Both the position numbers and the translations under genes were made by a program. Below are positions 8,552 to 16,664 of a stretch of 43,691 bases of DNA, in pieces (position 1 is the first letter of the stretch; each line of letters opens with the position of its first letter). Source of the stretch: Vulcanimicrobiota bacterium. Lineage in GTDB: Bacteria; Vulcanimicrobiota; Vulcanimicrobiia; Vulcanimicrobiales; Vulcanimicrobiaceae. Location: positions 1-43,691 of the forward strand of contig CAWHWQ010000006.1 in assembly GCA_963833095.1 (NCBI GenBank), given 5' to 3'. The notes below the pieces were generated by a model. The model ran no database searches and was not told the origin of the DNA. It saw only the letters and a list, made by a program, of their open reading frames with translations.

Positions 8552-10645
8552 ATGCATCTTGCGATCCTACTTGCCGCGATGCTTTGGAAGAGCTGGCACA
8601 CGTCAGCGCTCACGAGCGAACGAGGAACGCCTGTCTTTACCGTTGACGGTCGTCCTTATTTTGTGTACGGGGCCGCCTTCTTTTACGAGCGAACGCCGGT
8701 TGCGCAGTGGCGTAGCGATCTCTTGCGCTATCGCGCGATGGGGATCAACACGATCGACCTTTATTTGATCTGGAATTGGCACGAGCCCGATGCGCGCACC
8801 GTCGATTTTGACGGCCACACCAATCCGCAGCGCAATCTGCGCAAGCTCTTCACGCTTATCCACGAGCTGGGATTCAAAGTCATCGTCCGTCCGGGACCGG
8901 TCATCCGCAACGAATGGCGCAACGGCGGCTACCCCGACTGGCTCCTCGAACGGCCAGAATATAACATGCCGCTGCACGATGTGCTCGAGGGGCGCTATCC
9001 CGCGACCGCGACCCTGCAGAACGCGCACGCTGACGCGGCTGCCAACGAGTGGTTGCACAATCCCGTGCACCTGCGGTATGCATCCGCGTGGCTGCACGAT
9101 TCGTTGCATGCCATCGAGCCATGGTCGCACGATGTCATCGCTATTGCGCTCGACGACGATCAGGGGGCGTATCTCGATAACGACACCTATCCCGCGCCGC
9201 ATTGGCACCAGTACATCGACTGGCTCAAGACCCAAGTGCAGGCCACCGCCGGGACGCGCGTGCCGCTCTTTATCAACACCTATCAGATGAAGGTCACCGC
9301 ATCGGCGCCGGTCTGGGCGTGGGGCAACTGGTACCAGAGCGACACCTATCGTATCGGCGATCACGATATCTCGCAGATCGCGCTTTCGTTTGGACTGTTG
9401 CAGACGCAGACGGGCGTGCCCGTCATGGCGAGTGAATTTCAAGCCGGCTGGCTGCAAGGCGCGAACGAGACAGAACCGCGGGCTGCCGCGCCCGAGAATA
9501 CGACGATCGCACTGCACAAGATGCTACAGATGGGCGTACGCGGCGTCGTGAACTTTCCTGTGCAAGACACGCGTAACCCAGCCGGGTACGAAGCACCCTG
9601 GGCAAACGAGTTCTACGGCTGGGGCGCAGCACTCGACGTCAACGGGAATCCATCACCGCGGTATGCGCCGACCGCGGCTTTCGGGGCGCTGGTCGAACGC
9701 TTTGGTCCGCTGCTGGCCACGATGCAACCGCAGGCGGATCGTGCGATTGCCTGGCGCGGCGATCCTGATGCGACCATTGCGCAGCTGCAACAATGTCGCG
9801 CCCTGGCGTTGACCTGCCGCGTCTATGATCCGCGCTTTCAAAAGCCGCCACGGGTGACCGGCCGGTCCAGCACGGGTGGCTTGCGGGATGCGGCGCTACT
9901 CGTGACGCCGGACCAACGGCGCGCAATCCTCGACATCTTCAATCCAGATCTCGGCGAGCGCGACACCGCGCGCGCGAGCGTCATAGTCGGCAGGCATCGC
10001 TACGCGATACCGCCCATGCACCTTGCCCCCGGCAGCGCGCTCGACATTCCGCTGGGCTTTACGCCACCGCCGGCGCCACGGATGAAACCCTTCCCACGAG
10101 CAACTCCATTGCCGATCGCGTGGCGTATCGTCCCACCAAATAGCGCGATCGCCTATGAGCTCGACGTCTTCGATGACGAGATGCCGACCTACGTGCTCGA
10201 CAATGGCGTCGTGCGCGTCGTTATCTCCGCGAACGCCGGGGCGCGCTCGTTTATCTATGAGGACGATCGTACGGGCGACAACTACTTTAGCACGATCGGT
10301 GGGCTGCGCGACGACGTGTCGAATCCGCCGCCGCCGTCATCCCGCGACTATATCGCGGCCTATACGCACCCGATCCCGGCCGGTACGTTCAATCGGCCAT
10401 ACCGGTGTCGCATCGATGCCAGCGGAACGCGCGCTCAACTGACGTGCAGCTACACTGCGCCCGACTTTGGATCCGGGCCGATTACTTTTGCAAAACAGAT
10501 CGTACTTACACCCGAAACCGACGCATTCGACCTCGAGGTGCGCATGACGGGAGAGCCGCTACGAACGCTCCACGTTACGCCGCAGAACGCGGCTACTGCA
10601 ACATGGCCGTACGATAATACGCTTCGCCCGTCCCTGCATTCGTGA
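8552..10645 (+). CDS. Glycoside hydrolase family 35-like (beta-galactosidase-like) protein
   Basis: 'FTVDGRPY...FFYER.P..QW', 'GINTIDLYLIWNWHEP', 'VRPGPVIRNEWRNGGYPDWL', 'SEFQAGW'. Confidence 0.85.
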   Translation: MHLAILLAAMLWKSWHTSALTSERGTPVFTVDGRPYFVYGAAFFYERTPVAQWRSDLLRYRAMGINTIDLYLIWNWHEPDARTVDFDGHTNPQRNLRKLFTLIHELGFKVIVRPGPVIRNEWRNGGYPDWLLERPEYNMPLHDVLEGRYPATATLQNAHADAAANEWLHNPVHLRYASAWLHDSLHAIEPWSHDVIAIALDDDQGAYLDNDTYPAPHWHQYIDWLKTQVQATAGTRVPLFINTYQMKVTASAPVWAWGNWYQSDTYRIGDHDISQIALSFGLLQTQTGVPVMASEFQAGWLQGANETEPRAAAPENTTIALHKMLQMGVRGVVNFPVQDTRNPAGYEAPWANEFYGWGAALDVNGNPSPRYAPTAAFGALVERFGPLLATMQPQADRAIAWRGDPDATIAQLQQCRALALTCRVYDPRFQKPPRVTGRSSTGGLRDAALLVTPDQRRAILDIFNPDLGERDTARASVIVGRHRYAIPPMHLAPGSALDIPLGFTPPPAPRMKPFPRATPLPIAWRIVPPNSAIAYELDVFDDEMPTYVLDNGVVRVVISANAGARSFIYEDDRTGDNYFSTIGGLRDDVSNPPPPSSRDYIAAYTHPIPAGTFNRPYRCRIDASGTRAQLTCSYTAPDFGSGPITFAKQIVLTPETDAFDLEVRMTGEPLRTLHVTPQNAATATWPYDNTLRPSLHS

Positions 10646-11354
10646 AATGATGAAAGTTATCGAGCACTTCCGTAACGGTGCCGTGTCCGGACACAAAGAG
10701 CACGCGGCCGCTATACACCCGATCGATGCGCACGATCGTCCATAGCGCGGGAAGCGCCTGACCGAACGTCTCGCTTATCGTTGCGCTGTTGGCGCGATCG
10801 GGTAATACGTACGGCGTATAGGTGAGTTCCATCACGTGCCCGGTTGCTTCGTCGATCCGCATCGTGCCTATCCCGTGCTGATCGTCGCGCATCAGGCTTG
10901 CGAAATGGACGTCGACCTCGCCCGAGTTGCACACGCACGGCGCGGTGGTGTATTGGTAGTCGGCAGTGTAGCGCCGATCGAAGGGCTGCTTGAAGAAACC
11001 TGCACCCTGCTCGAGTTCGCGATTATTCGCGGTCTCGCGCTTTGCGACGTCACTCGCCGCGAGCGCATGTCCCTTCTCTTCGATATGCAGATAATGAATG
11101 TGCGTGTACACACCATCGGTCATCAGCATGATCGCGTCGTTGCTCTGACTGAAGTGCGCCGGGCCGGCTTCGGCTGAAATGGTGATGTGCCGCTCGTGCA
11201 CGGTGACGCCCGCATTCTCGAACGCTGCCGTTTGCGCAGCTTGTTGAACGACCGCCGGAATGCTGCTCAAGGGCGCGCTGGCGCGCGCCGGCAAGGTGAG
11301 GGCGCAGATAGTTAGCAGGCAAAGCACTATACGGGCACACATTGAGAGCCACAT
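10593..11354 (-). CDS. Exported hypothetical protein
   Basis: Signal peptide ending in 'PARA' and a beta-rich mature region. Start may be the second Met. Confidence 0.65.
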   Translation of the reverse strand: MWLSMCARIVLCLLTICALTLPARASAPLSSIPAVVQQAAQTAAFENAGVTVHERHITISAEAGPAHFSQSNDAIMLMTDGVYTHIHYLHIEEKGHALAASDVAKRETANNRELEQGAGFFKQPFDRRYTADYQYTTAPCVCNSGEVDVHFASLMRDDQHGIGTMRIDEATGHVMELTYTPYVLPDRANSATISETFGQALPALWTIVRIDRVYSGRVLFVSGHGTVTEVLDNFHHFTNAGTGEAYYRTAMLQ

Positions 11355-11438
11355 TGTACCCCAAAAGGGGCTTTGGTCCTATCCGGGCTTTCCCAGGATG
11401 AACGCCAAGAGTCCCGAATGCAGCGCGGTCGTCACCGT

Positions 11439-11519
11439 GGGGAAATGGCGGAACGGCAGACGCAGCCGCCTCAAAAGCGGCCGGGGCAACTCGTGTGGGT
11501 TCAAATCCCACTTTCCCCA
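11439..11519 (+). tRNA. tRNA-Leu(CAA), CCA not encoded
   Basis: Acceptor GGGGAAA/TTTCCCC, anticodon arm GCCGC-CTCAAAA-GCGGC, long variable arm, T arm GTGGG-TTCAAAT-CCCAC. Confidence 0.96.
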
Positions 11520-11540
11520 TGAATAGCTCGGAAGGAAAAT

Positions 11541-11566
11541 CCCGAGAATCCGGGGCTCTTTCTTTT
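11541..11566 (+). terminator. Possible intrinsic terminator after tRNA-Leu
   Basis: Short stem CCCG-agaatc-CGGG followed by a T-rich tract. Confidence 0.35.
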
Positions 11567-11846
11567 GCGGCTATCGTGGCTTAGGAATGTCCACGGAGTT
11601 TCTACGCGAGCAGCACGTCGCGCGTCGCGGCAAACAACGTCGGAGCGCTTCAAATCCCACGCTCCACACCAAAATCACGCGTTACGTGTTATTGCGTACG
11701 CGCGCTTGCAAACTGACAAACCGCCGATTTCGGAATCTCGCGTAGCCCCCGATGGTGGCCGACACGCGCGCTTGGCGCATTGTTTCTTCGTAGGAAGATT
11801 CTCAGGATGACCGAAATCGCTCCCCCACAATGGAGGACAGTATCAT

Positions 11847-12230
11847 ATGAAATTCCTTCCTATTACTGCAATTATGATGTTGGCGATGAGCTCGTCGGCG
11901 CTCGCGGTTACGAATACCCCGTCGCCTGTTGCAGTCAAGGCGTGCGTCGTCATGAGCGCATCGACTGCCGACTCGGTCATGGTACCGGGCGTGAGCCTTA
12001 CGAACGGCGTGACCGTTACCCTGACCAACACCAGCGGCAAGACCATACAGTCGGTGACGGTCAGCGGCGACTACCACGGCCGCAAAGAAACCGGCACCGC
12101 GGCGTTTGAATTCAAGCCCGGAACGACGGCGGAAATCACGCGCCACTTCACGCAGTCAGCCTACGTCGATCCCAACGCGCAATGCAGCGTGACGAAAGTC
12201 GTGTTTGCCGACGGAACGACCTGGCCCTAA
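11847..12230 (+). CDS. Small exported Ig-like hypothetical protein
   Basis: SD GGAGG, signal peptide 'MKFLPITAIMMLAMSSSALA', two Cys, C-terminus 'CSVTKVVFADGTTWP'. Confidence 0.8.
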   Translation: MKFLPITAIMMLAMSSSALAVTNTPSPVAVKACVVMSASTADSVMVPGVSLTNGVTVTLTNTSGKTIQSVTVSGDYHGRKETGTAAFEFKPGTTAEITRHFTQSAYVDPNAQCSVTKVVFADGTTWP

Positions 12231-12243
12231 ACCACCCTCGAAC

Positions 12244-12274
12244 GGCGCCGCTCCGCACGAGCGCGAGCGGCGCC
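12244..12274. terminator. GC-rich hairpin between convergent genes
   Basis: Perfect 10-bp stem GGCGCCGCTC ... GAGCGGCGCC; no U-tract. Confidence 0.45.
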
Positions 12275-12777
12275 TACTTCACCCGTATATCGAGCGTCAC
12301 GTCGACGGAACCGCCGATCACCGGATCGAGCCGCGTGGTCGTCATGCCGAACGCGTGCCGGTCGATGTGACCGGTCGCATGATACACCGGCTTGGCCGGA
12401 TCTCCGCTTGCAACCACCACAAGATGCTCGGGTTGGCTAACTCCGTGCATCGTTAGCATGCCGTCCATCGTAAAACCGCCCGGCGCAGGCGCGATCTTCG
12501 TGCTGGTAAATGTCCACGCCGGAAACTGCTTGGTATCGAACCATTCCGGCGTTTGCATTACGCCGTCGCGATCCGGGTCTCCGGTCCGCAATTTCGTCGC
12601 ATCGAGAACGGCATTCACGCTCGTCGGAACGAGTGCGCCCTCCGGCAGATCGATCGTACCGCTAAGCACGGGCACGCTGCCGCTCACCCGTTCAACGAAA
12701 ATGTGCTGCACCGAAAAGGTGACGGTCGATTTGGCTGGATCGATAGCCAGAAGCGCCGCGAACACTAGATGCACCAT
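12274..12777 (-). CDS. YceI family (polyisoprenoid-binding) protein
   Basis: 'IDPAKSTVTFSVQH', 'LRTGDPDRD', 'WFDTKQFP..TFTST', 'GMLTMHGVS', 'IDRHAFGM'. Confidence 0.9.
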   Translation of the reverse strand: MVHLVFAALLAIDPAKSTVTFSVQHIFVERVSGSVPVLSGTIDLPEGALVPTSVNAVLDATKLRTGDPDRDGVMQTPEWFDTKQFPAWTFTSTKIAPAPGGFTMDGMLTMHGVSQPEHLVVVASGDPAKPVYHATGHIDRHAFGMTTTRLDPVIGGSVDVTLDIRVK

Positions 12778-12780
12778 GGG

Positions 12781-13839
12781 CTAATACCCGATCGTGAATT
12801 GAAGGTTCATCGTGTTCGTCGTGTACGGGACATGCTCGATCACGTCTTCGATGGTGATGCGCGAGTTATGCGTTGGGCCGTAGCCGAGTAACACGACGCC
12901 GTCGCGTTCGAAGCCGCTCGGATCGTTGGTTCCTTCATATCGCGCGAGTGCAAAAAAGCGCGCCGAGAACGCATAACGAAGCTGCGTGAACCCGCCGCTG
13001 GACGGATAGCCGATGCCGTTGAAGCTCGAGTCCCACCCGGTCTGGATGAGGTTCTCGCTGGTCCACTTTCCCTCGTTGAACACGACCGCGTAGCCTTGGC
13101 GCACAAAACGATCGAGTAAGGTGGCGACGTCAGGACGCTCGCCTTCATAATGGTAATACGTCAGCGCGAGTGGTCCGATCGCTTCCTGGACGTTTTCCAT
13201 GTAGTCCTCACCGGTGGTCTGCAGACCACTCTGGCGATCGTGTCCGGGTCCGGTGAAGATGCGCGCCGACAGGCCTTGCAACGTATTGCCGAGGGTGACG
13301 TTCACACCCAGCTTGGGCGTGAAAAACTCAAACGGATTATTGCCGACTTGCTGCACGAAGATGCCGTAGTCTTGGTAGCTTTCACGGAACGTCTCCGGAT
13401 CGACCGGAAGCGGCAACGTATACATCCCGGCCTGCACGTAAAGCGGAATTTTTGCGTCCCACGGGTTGATGCGGTCGTTTACCCAGGCATCACGTAAGAG
13501 CCCATGCTCGCCGCCGTCGACGGCGTATTGCTCGACAAAGAAACTCCCGCGCGTACCGATGGCACCGGCGGTAAAGAGCTCGACTTCGTCGACGATGGCC
13601 TTGGGCAACCCCCCGCCGTTCGGCCCGTCGCCCTGGTTCTGGCTCGAGTCGACCAGATTGGCCTTCATTGCGAATGGGAAGGCCGGCCCGGGTTGAACGC
13701 CCGGGATCCGGTCGCCACTCGCCAAAAAGTGCGCCCCAAAATCGTTGAGGTGGGGGATGACCGTATGGCATTTCTGGCACGTGACGCCGTACTGATGCGC
13801 AAAAAGCGCGATGCCAAGGAGCACCTTTATTAGGTTCAC
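12781..13839 (-). CDS. Mono-haem cytochrome c motif fused to a probable outer-membrane beta-barrel
   Basis: N-terminal 'FAHQYGVTCQKCHTVIPHLNDFG..F' (CxxCH); the rest has alternating amphipathic strands and ends in aromatic 'QFTIGY'. Confidence 0.75.
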   Translation of the reverse strand: MNLIKVLLGIALFAHQYGVTCQKCHTVIPHLNDFGAHFLASGDRIPGVQPGPAFPFAMKANLVDSSQNQGDGPNGGGLPKAIVDEVELFTAGAIGTRGSFFVEQYAVDGGEHGLLRDAWVNDRINPWDAKIPLYVQAGMYTLPLPVDPETFRESYQDYGIFVQQVGNNPFEFFTPKLGVNVTLGNTLQGLSARIFTGPGHDRQSGLQTTGEDYMENVQEAIGPLALTYYHYEGERPDVATLLDRFVRQGYAVVFNEGKWTSENLIQTGWDSSFNGIGYPSSGGFTQLRYAFSARFFALARYEGTNDPSGFERDGVVLLGYGPTHNSRITIEDVIEHVPYTTNTMNLQFTIGY

Positions 13840-13842
13840 CGA

Positions 13843-13875
13843 GACATGATATTAGGCAAGCCTAATTCATGTCAA
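13843..13875 (-). promoter_or_regulatory. Sigma70 promoter (TTGACA-18-TATCAT) with palindromic operator ATTAGGC-AA-GCCTAAT in the spacer
   Basis: Minus strand TTGACA at 13875-13870 and TATCAT at 13851-13846; the GTG start at 13839 follows after 6 nt. The inverted repeat extends 13843-13873. Confidence 0.8.
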
Positions 13876-13894
13876 GGGGAAAAGGGGGGAGCGG

Positions 13895-14062
13895 CTATAC
13901 CCTCGCGCCGCGCCCCGTGAGCAGGTTGATGATCAAAAGCACGACCGCGATTACGAGCACGAGGTGAATCAATGCTCCACCGACGTGCAGCAAAAATCCC
14001 AAGAGCCATAGCACGAACAGGATGACGATAAGGGTCCAAATGATGTTTGCAAGTCCAGCCAT
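13895..14062 (-). CDS. lmo0937/DUF5670 family small membrane protein (55 aa, below ORF-track cutoff)
   Basis: Hand translation: MAGLANIIWTLIVILFVLWLLGFLLHVGGALIHLVLVIAVVLLIINLLTGRGARV. Confidence 0.88.
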   Translation of the reverse strand: MAGLANIIWTLIVILFVLWLLGFLLHVGGALIHLVLVIAVVLLIINLLTGRGARV

Positions 14063-14071
14063 GTTCTCAGT

Positions 14072-14124
14072 GTTCCCAGAAAAGTAGCAGTTGAATCCGA
14101 TTTGATCGCGCGTACGTCGGGAAT
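14072..14124. promoter_or_regulatory. Divergent pair of SigB/SigF-type promoters
   Basis: Plus strand: GATT-16 nt-GGGAAT-9 nt-ATG(14134). Minus strand: GATT-16 nt-GGGAAC-9 nt-ATG(14062). Confidence 0.6.
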
Positions 14125-14133
14125 GATTTGAAC

Positions 14134-14370
14134 ATGAAAAATGATCCTATCGACAAAGCTGCAGACGCCATCAAAGGAACGGTCGATGATGTCCGCGACA
14201 CTGCTAACGAAGCATCACATCGTGCGAAGGCCGACGCAGAGCGCGGACGGCGCGAAGTCGACGACACGATGACGCCCGGCGAAAAAGCCAAATCGATGGC
14301 CGACGAAGCCAAGAACCGAATTCAGGCCAACGTCGACGAAGCAAAACGGCGGGTGCGACACGGCGAATAG
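14134..14370 (+). CDS. Small hydrophilic CsbD/LEA-like stress protein
   Basis: Charged, Ala-rich amphipathic helices 'IDKAADAIKGTVDDVRD...MTPGEKAKSMADEAKN'. Confidence 0.7.
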   Translation: MKNDPIDKAADAIKGTVDDVRDTANEASHRAKADAERGRREVDDTMTPGEKAKSMADEAKNRIQANVDEAKRRVRHGE

Positions 14371-14373
14371 CGT

Positions 14374-15330
14374 CTAACGTGGAATTACCCGTAGCGCTTC
14401 GGCCTCGCTCGAGCCGCTACGCTGCAAAGAGCCGTCGAGAAATGCGTCGACGATTGCGGGATGCACGTAGGATTTCCGGCACACGGCAACCGTGTTGCCG
14501 AGCCTACGTGCAACCGCCTTGATCGCTTCACTCACAGCGCGCTTTGCCTCGCGGTCGCTAGCAGGACGCTCCGTCTTCTGTAAGAGCGCGCAGCACGAAA
14601 CCGTGCCCGCCCACGTGCGAAAGTCCTTGGCCGAAAACTCTTCGCCGGCAATCGACCGTATATAGTCATTGACCTCGGACGAATCGATGTGACGCACCTC
14701 GCCCGCGTCGTCGAGGTACTCAAAAAGCCGCTGCCCCGGTAATTCTTGGCAGGCGCGAATCACTTTGGCGACGCGCCGATCGCGGATCCCACATTCATGC
14801 AGCACACCGCTCTTGCCGCGGAAACGAAAATGGACTGTCTCGCCGCGCGTCTTCACGTGTTTGTCCTCGAGTGTGGTGAGGCCGTACGAATCGTTGGCAC
14901 GCGCGTACTCCTCGTTTCCGACGCGGATGAGCACGTGTTCGAGCAGGTACACGATCGTTGCAAGGACTTTCTCGCGCGCCATGCCCCTGCGTCTGAGGTC
15001 GGCACGAACCCGTCTGCGGATGCGCGGAAGCGCCTTGCCGAACGCAACCATCCGTTCAAACTTCTCCTCGTCGCGAAGGTTCGACCACTCGGCATGATAG
15101 CGATATTGCTTGCGTCCACGCGCGTCGCGGCCGGTCGCCTGAAGATGCCCCGATGGATCGCTACAAATCCATACATCCTCATATGCGGGAGGGATCGCGA
15201 GCGCGCGAATGCGCGCTAAGTCGCGGGCCGACGGAGCGCGGCCGCTCGGCGATGCATACCGAAAGCCTTTCCCGGCGCGTATCCGGCGGATCCCAGGCTC
15301 AGCGTCGCTGCAGTGACGTAGTCGTTCCAT
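14374..15330 (-). CDS. DNA topoisomerase IB (bacterial, poxvirus-like)
   Basis: 'LAIPPAYEDVWIC', 'GHLQATGRDARGRKQYRYH', 'IRVGNEEY', 'FRGKSG', 'SAKDFRTW', 'LGNT.AVCRKSYVHP'. Start is the ATG at 15330. Confidence 0.95.
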   Translation of the reverse strand: MERLRHCSDAEPGIRRIRAGKGFRYASPSGRAPSARDLARIRALAIPPAYEDVWICSDPSGHLQATGRDARGRKQYRYHAEWSNLRDEEKFERMVAFGKALPRIRRRVRADLRRRGMAREKVLATIVYLLEHVLIRVGNEEYARANDSYGLTTLEDKHVKTRGETVHFRFRGKSGVLHECGIRDRRVAKVIRACQELPGQRLFEYLDDAGEVRHIDSSEVNDYIRSIAGEEFSAKDFRTWAGTVSCCALLQKTERPASDREAKRAVSEAIKAVARRLGNTVAVCRKSYVHPAIVDAFLDGSLQRSGSSEAEALRVIPR

Positions 15331-15377
15331 CCGCGCATGTATACCCACCGGGCCCCGCGAACTGACGGCAACGACCC

Positions 15378-16664
15378 ATGTCAAGTCTTAAGTTGACTCC
15401 GCGCAGCTTTGCGCCCGGCGCCCTGCGTGGCACGATTCGCGTCCCCGGTGACAAATCGGTGTCGCATCGCGCCCTGATCCTGGGGGCTGCTGCTCCGCAG
15501 CCGCTCGAGATTCGCAATCTCAATCCCGGTCGCGACGTACGCGCCACCATGGAAGCCCTCATTGCACTTGGTGCGCGTGTCGATGGTGCGGGCGACACCC
15601 TGAGCATTCACGCAGCGCAACTACGCGAGCCGATGGGGACGCTGGACTGCATGAACTCGGGCTCGACGGCGCGCATGATGCTCGGCGTCTGCGCTGGAGC
15701 CGACGTCCCCGCGAACTTCGACGGTGACGAGTCGCTGCGCCGGCGTCCGATGGAACCGGTTTCAGCACAGCTGCGCGCCTTTGGTGCCAAGATCGACACG
15801 ACCGACGGTACGTTGCCGTTGCGCATCGAGGGCACGCCAAGGATCGAAACGCGCCGCTTCATTCTGCTTTCACCCTCAGCGCAAGTGAAATCCGCCCTGT
15901 TGCTTGCCGGCCTCTTTGCAAAAACGCCGATCGACGTTCTCGCCGATCGCAATTCACGCGACCACACCGAACGCATGTTACGCTACCTCGGCGCCGACAT
16001 CACCTGGGACGGCAGCACAATCGAACTGCGCAGCCCAATTACCAACGCAAATCCCGTCACCGTGTGCGGCGATTTCTCTTCGGCGGCATTTTTCATTGTG
16101 GCAGCGACGGTCGCGCCGGAGAGCGAGCTGACGATTGAAGGCGTCGGCGTCAATCCAACGCGTACCGGCCTGCTGGACGCGCTGTTGAATATGGGCGCCC
16201 ACATCGAAGTGCGCAATCCGCGCGAGGTTTCGGGCGAACCCGTTGCCGACATTTTCGTGCGTCACGCGCAGTTACAAGGGACGTCGATCGGCCCTGATCT
16301 CGTCGTCCGCGCGATCGATGAGGTCCCGGTCCTCGCCGTCGCTGCCGCATTTGCGCAGGGTGAAACGAAGATTACGGGCGTGCGCGAGCTTCGCAGCAAA
16401 GAATCCGACCGCGTCGCAGCGATCGAGCGGCTGCTTTCTGCGGTTAAGATTGAGGTCGAATCCGCTGCCAATGGTCTGGTGATTTCCGGCGGCCGCCCGC
16501 AGGGTACGGGCGCGCAGATCGACACACATGACGATCATCGCATAGCGATGGCCGCGGCGACTCTGGCTGCGGGCGCAGGACCTCTGCAAATCGACAGCGA
16601 TGCCAGTATCGATGTGAGCTTTCCGTCCTTTCTTGAAACGCTGGGGAGCGTCCAACGCGCGTGA
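15378..16664 (+). CDS. aroA: 3-phosphoshikimate 1-carboxyvinyltransferase (EPSP synthase)
   Basis: 'PGDKSVSHRA', 'NSGST', 'LRRRPM', 'SAQVKSA', 'SRDHTERM', 'ELRSKESDR', 'DDHRIAMA'. Confidence 0.96.
   Translation: MSSLKLTPRSFAPGALRGTIRVPGDKSVSHRALILGAAAPQPLEIRNLNPGRDVRATMEALIALGARVDGAGDTLSIHAAQLREPMGTLDCMNSGSTARMMLGVCAGADVPANFDGDESLRRRPMEPVSAQLRAFGAKIDTTDGTLPLRIEGTPRIETRRFILLSPSAQVKSALLLAGLFAKTPIDVLADRNSRDHTERMLRYLGADITWDGSTIELRSPITNANPVTVCGDFSSAAFFIVAATVAPESELTIEGVGVNPTRTGLLDALLNMGAHIEVRNPREVSGEPVADIFVRHAQLQGTSIGPDLVVRAIDEVPVLAVAAAFAQGETKITGVRELRSKESDRVAAIERLLSAVKIEVESAANGLVISGGRPQGTGAQIDTHDDHRIAMAAATLAAGAGPLQIDSDASIDVSFPSFLETLGSVQRA

Noticed and set aside
14374..15330. Topoisomerase IB as the integrase of a mobile element
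   Set aside because: The motifs are those of bacterial TopIB rather than a tyrosine recombinase, and I saw no att repeats or mobility genes around it.
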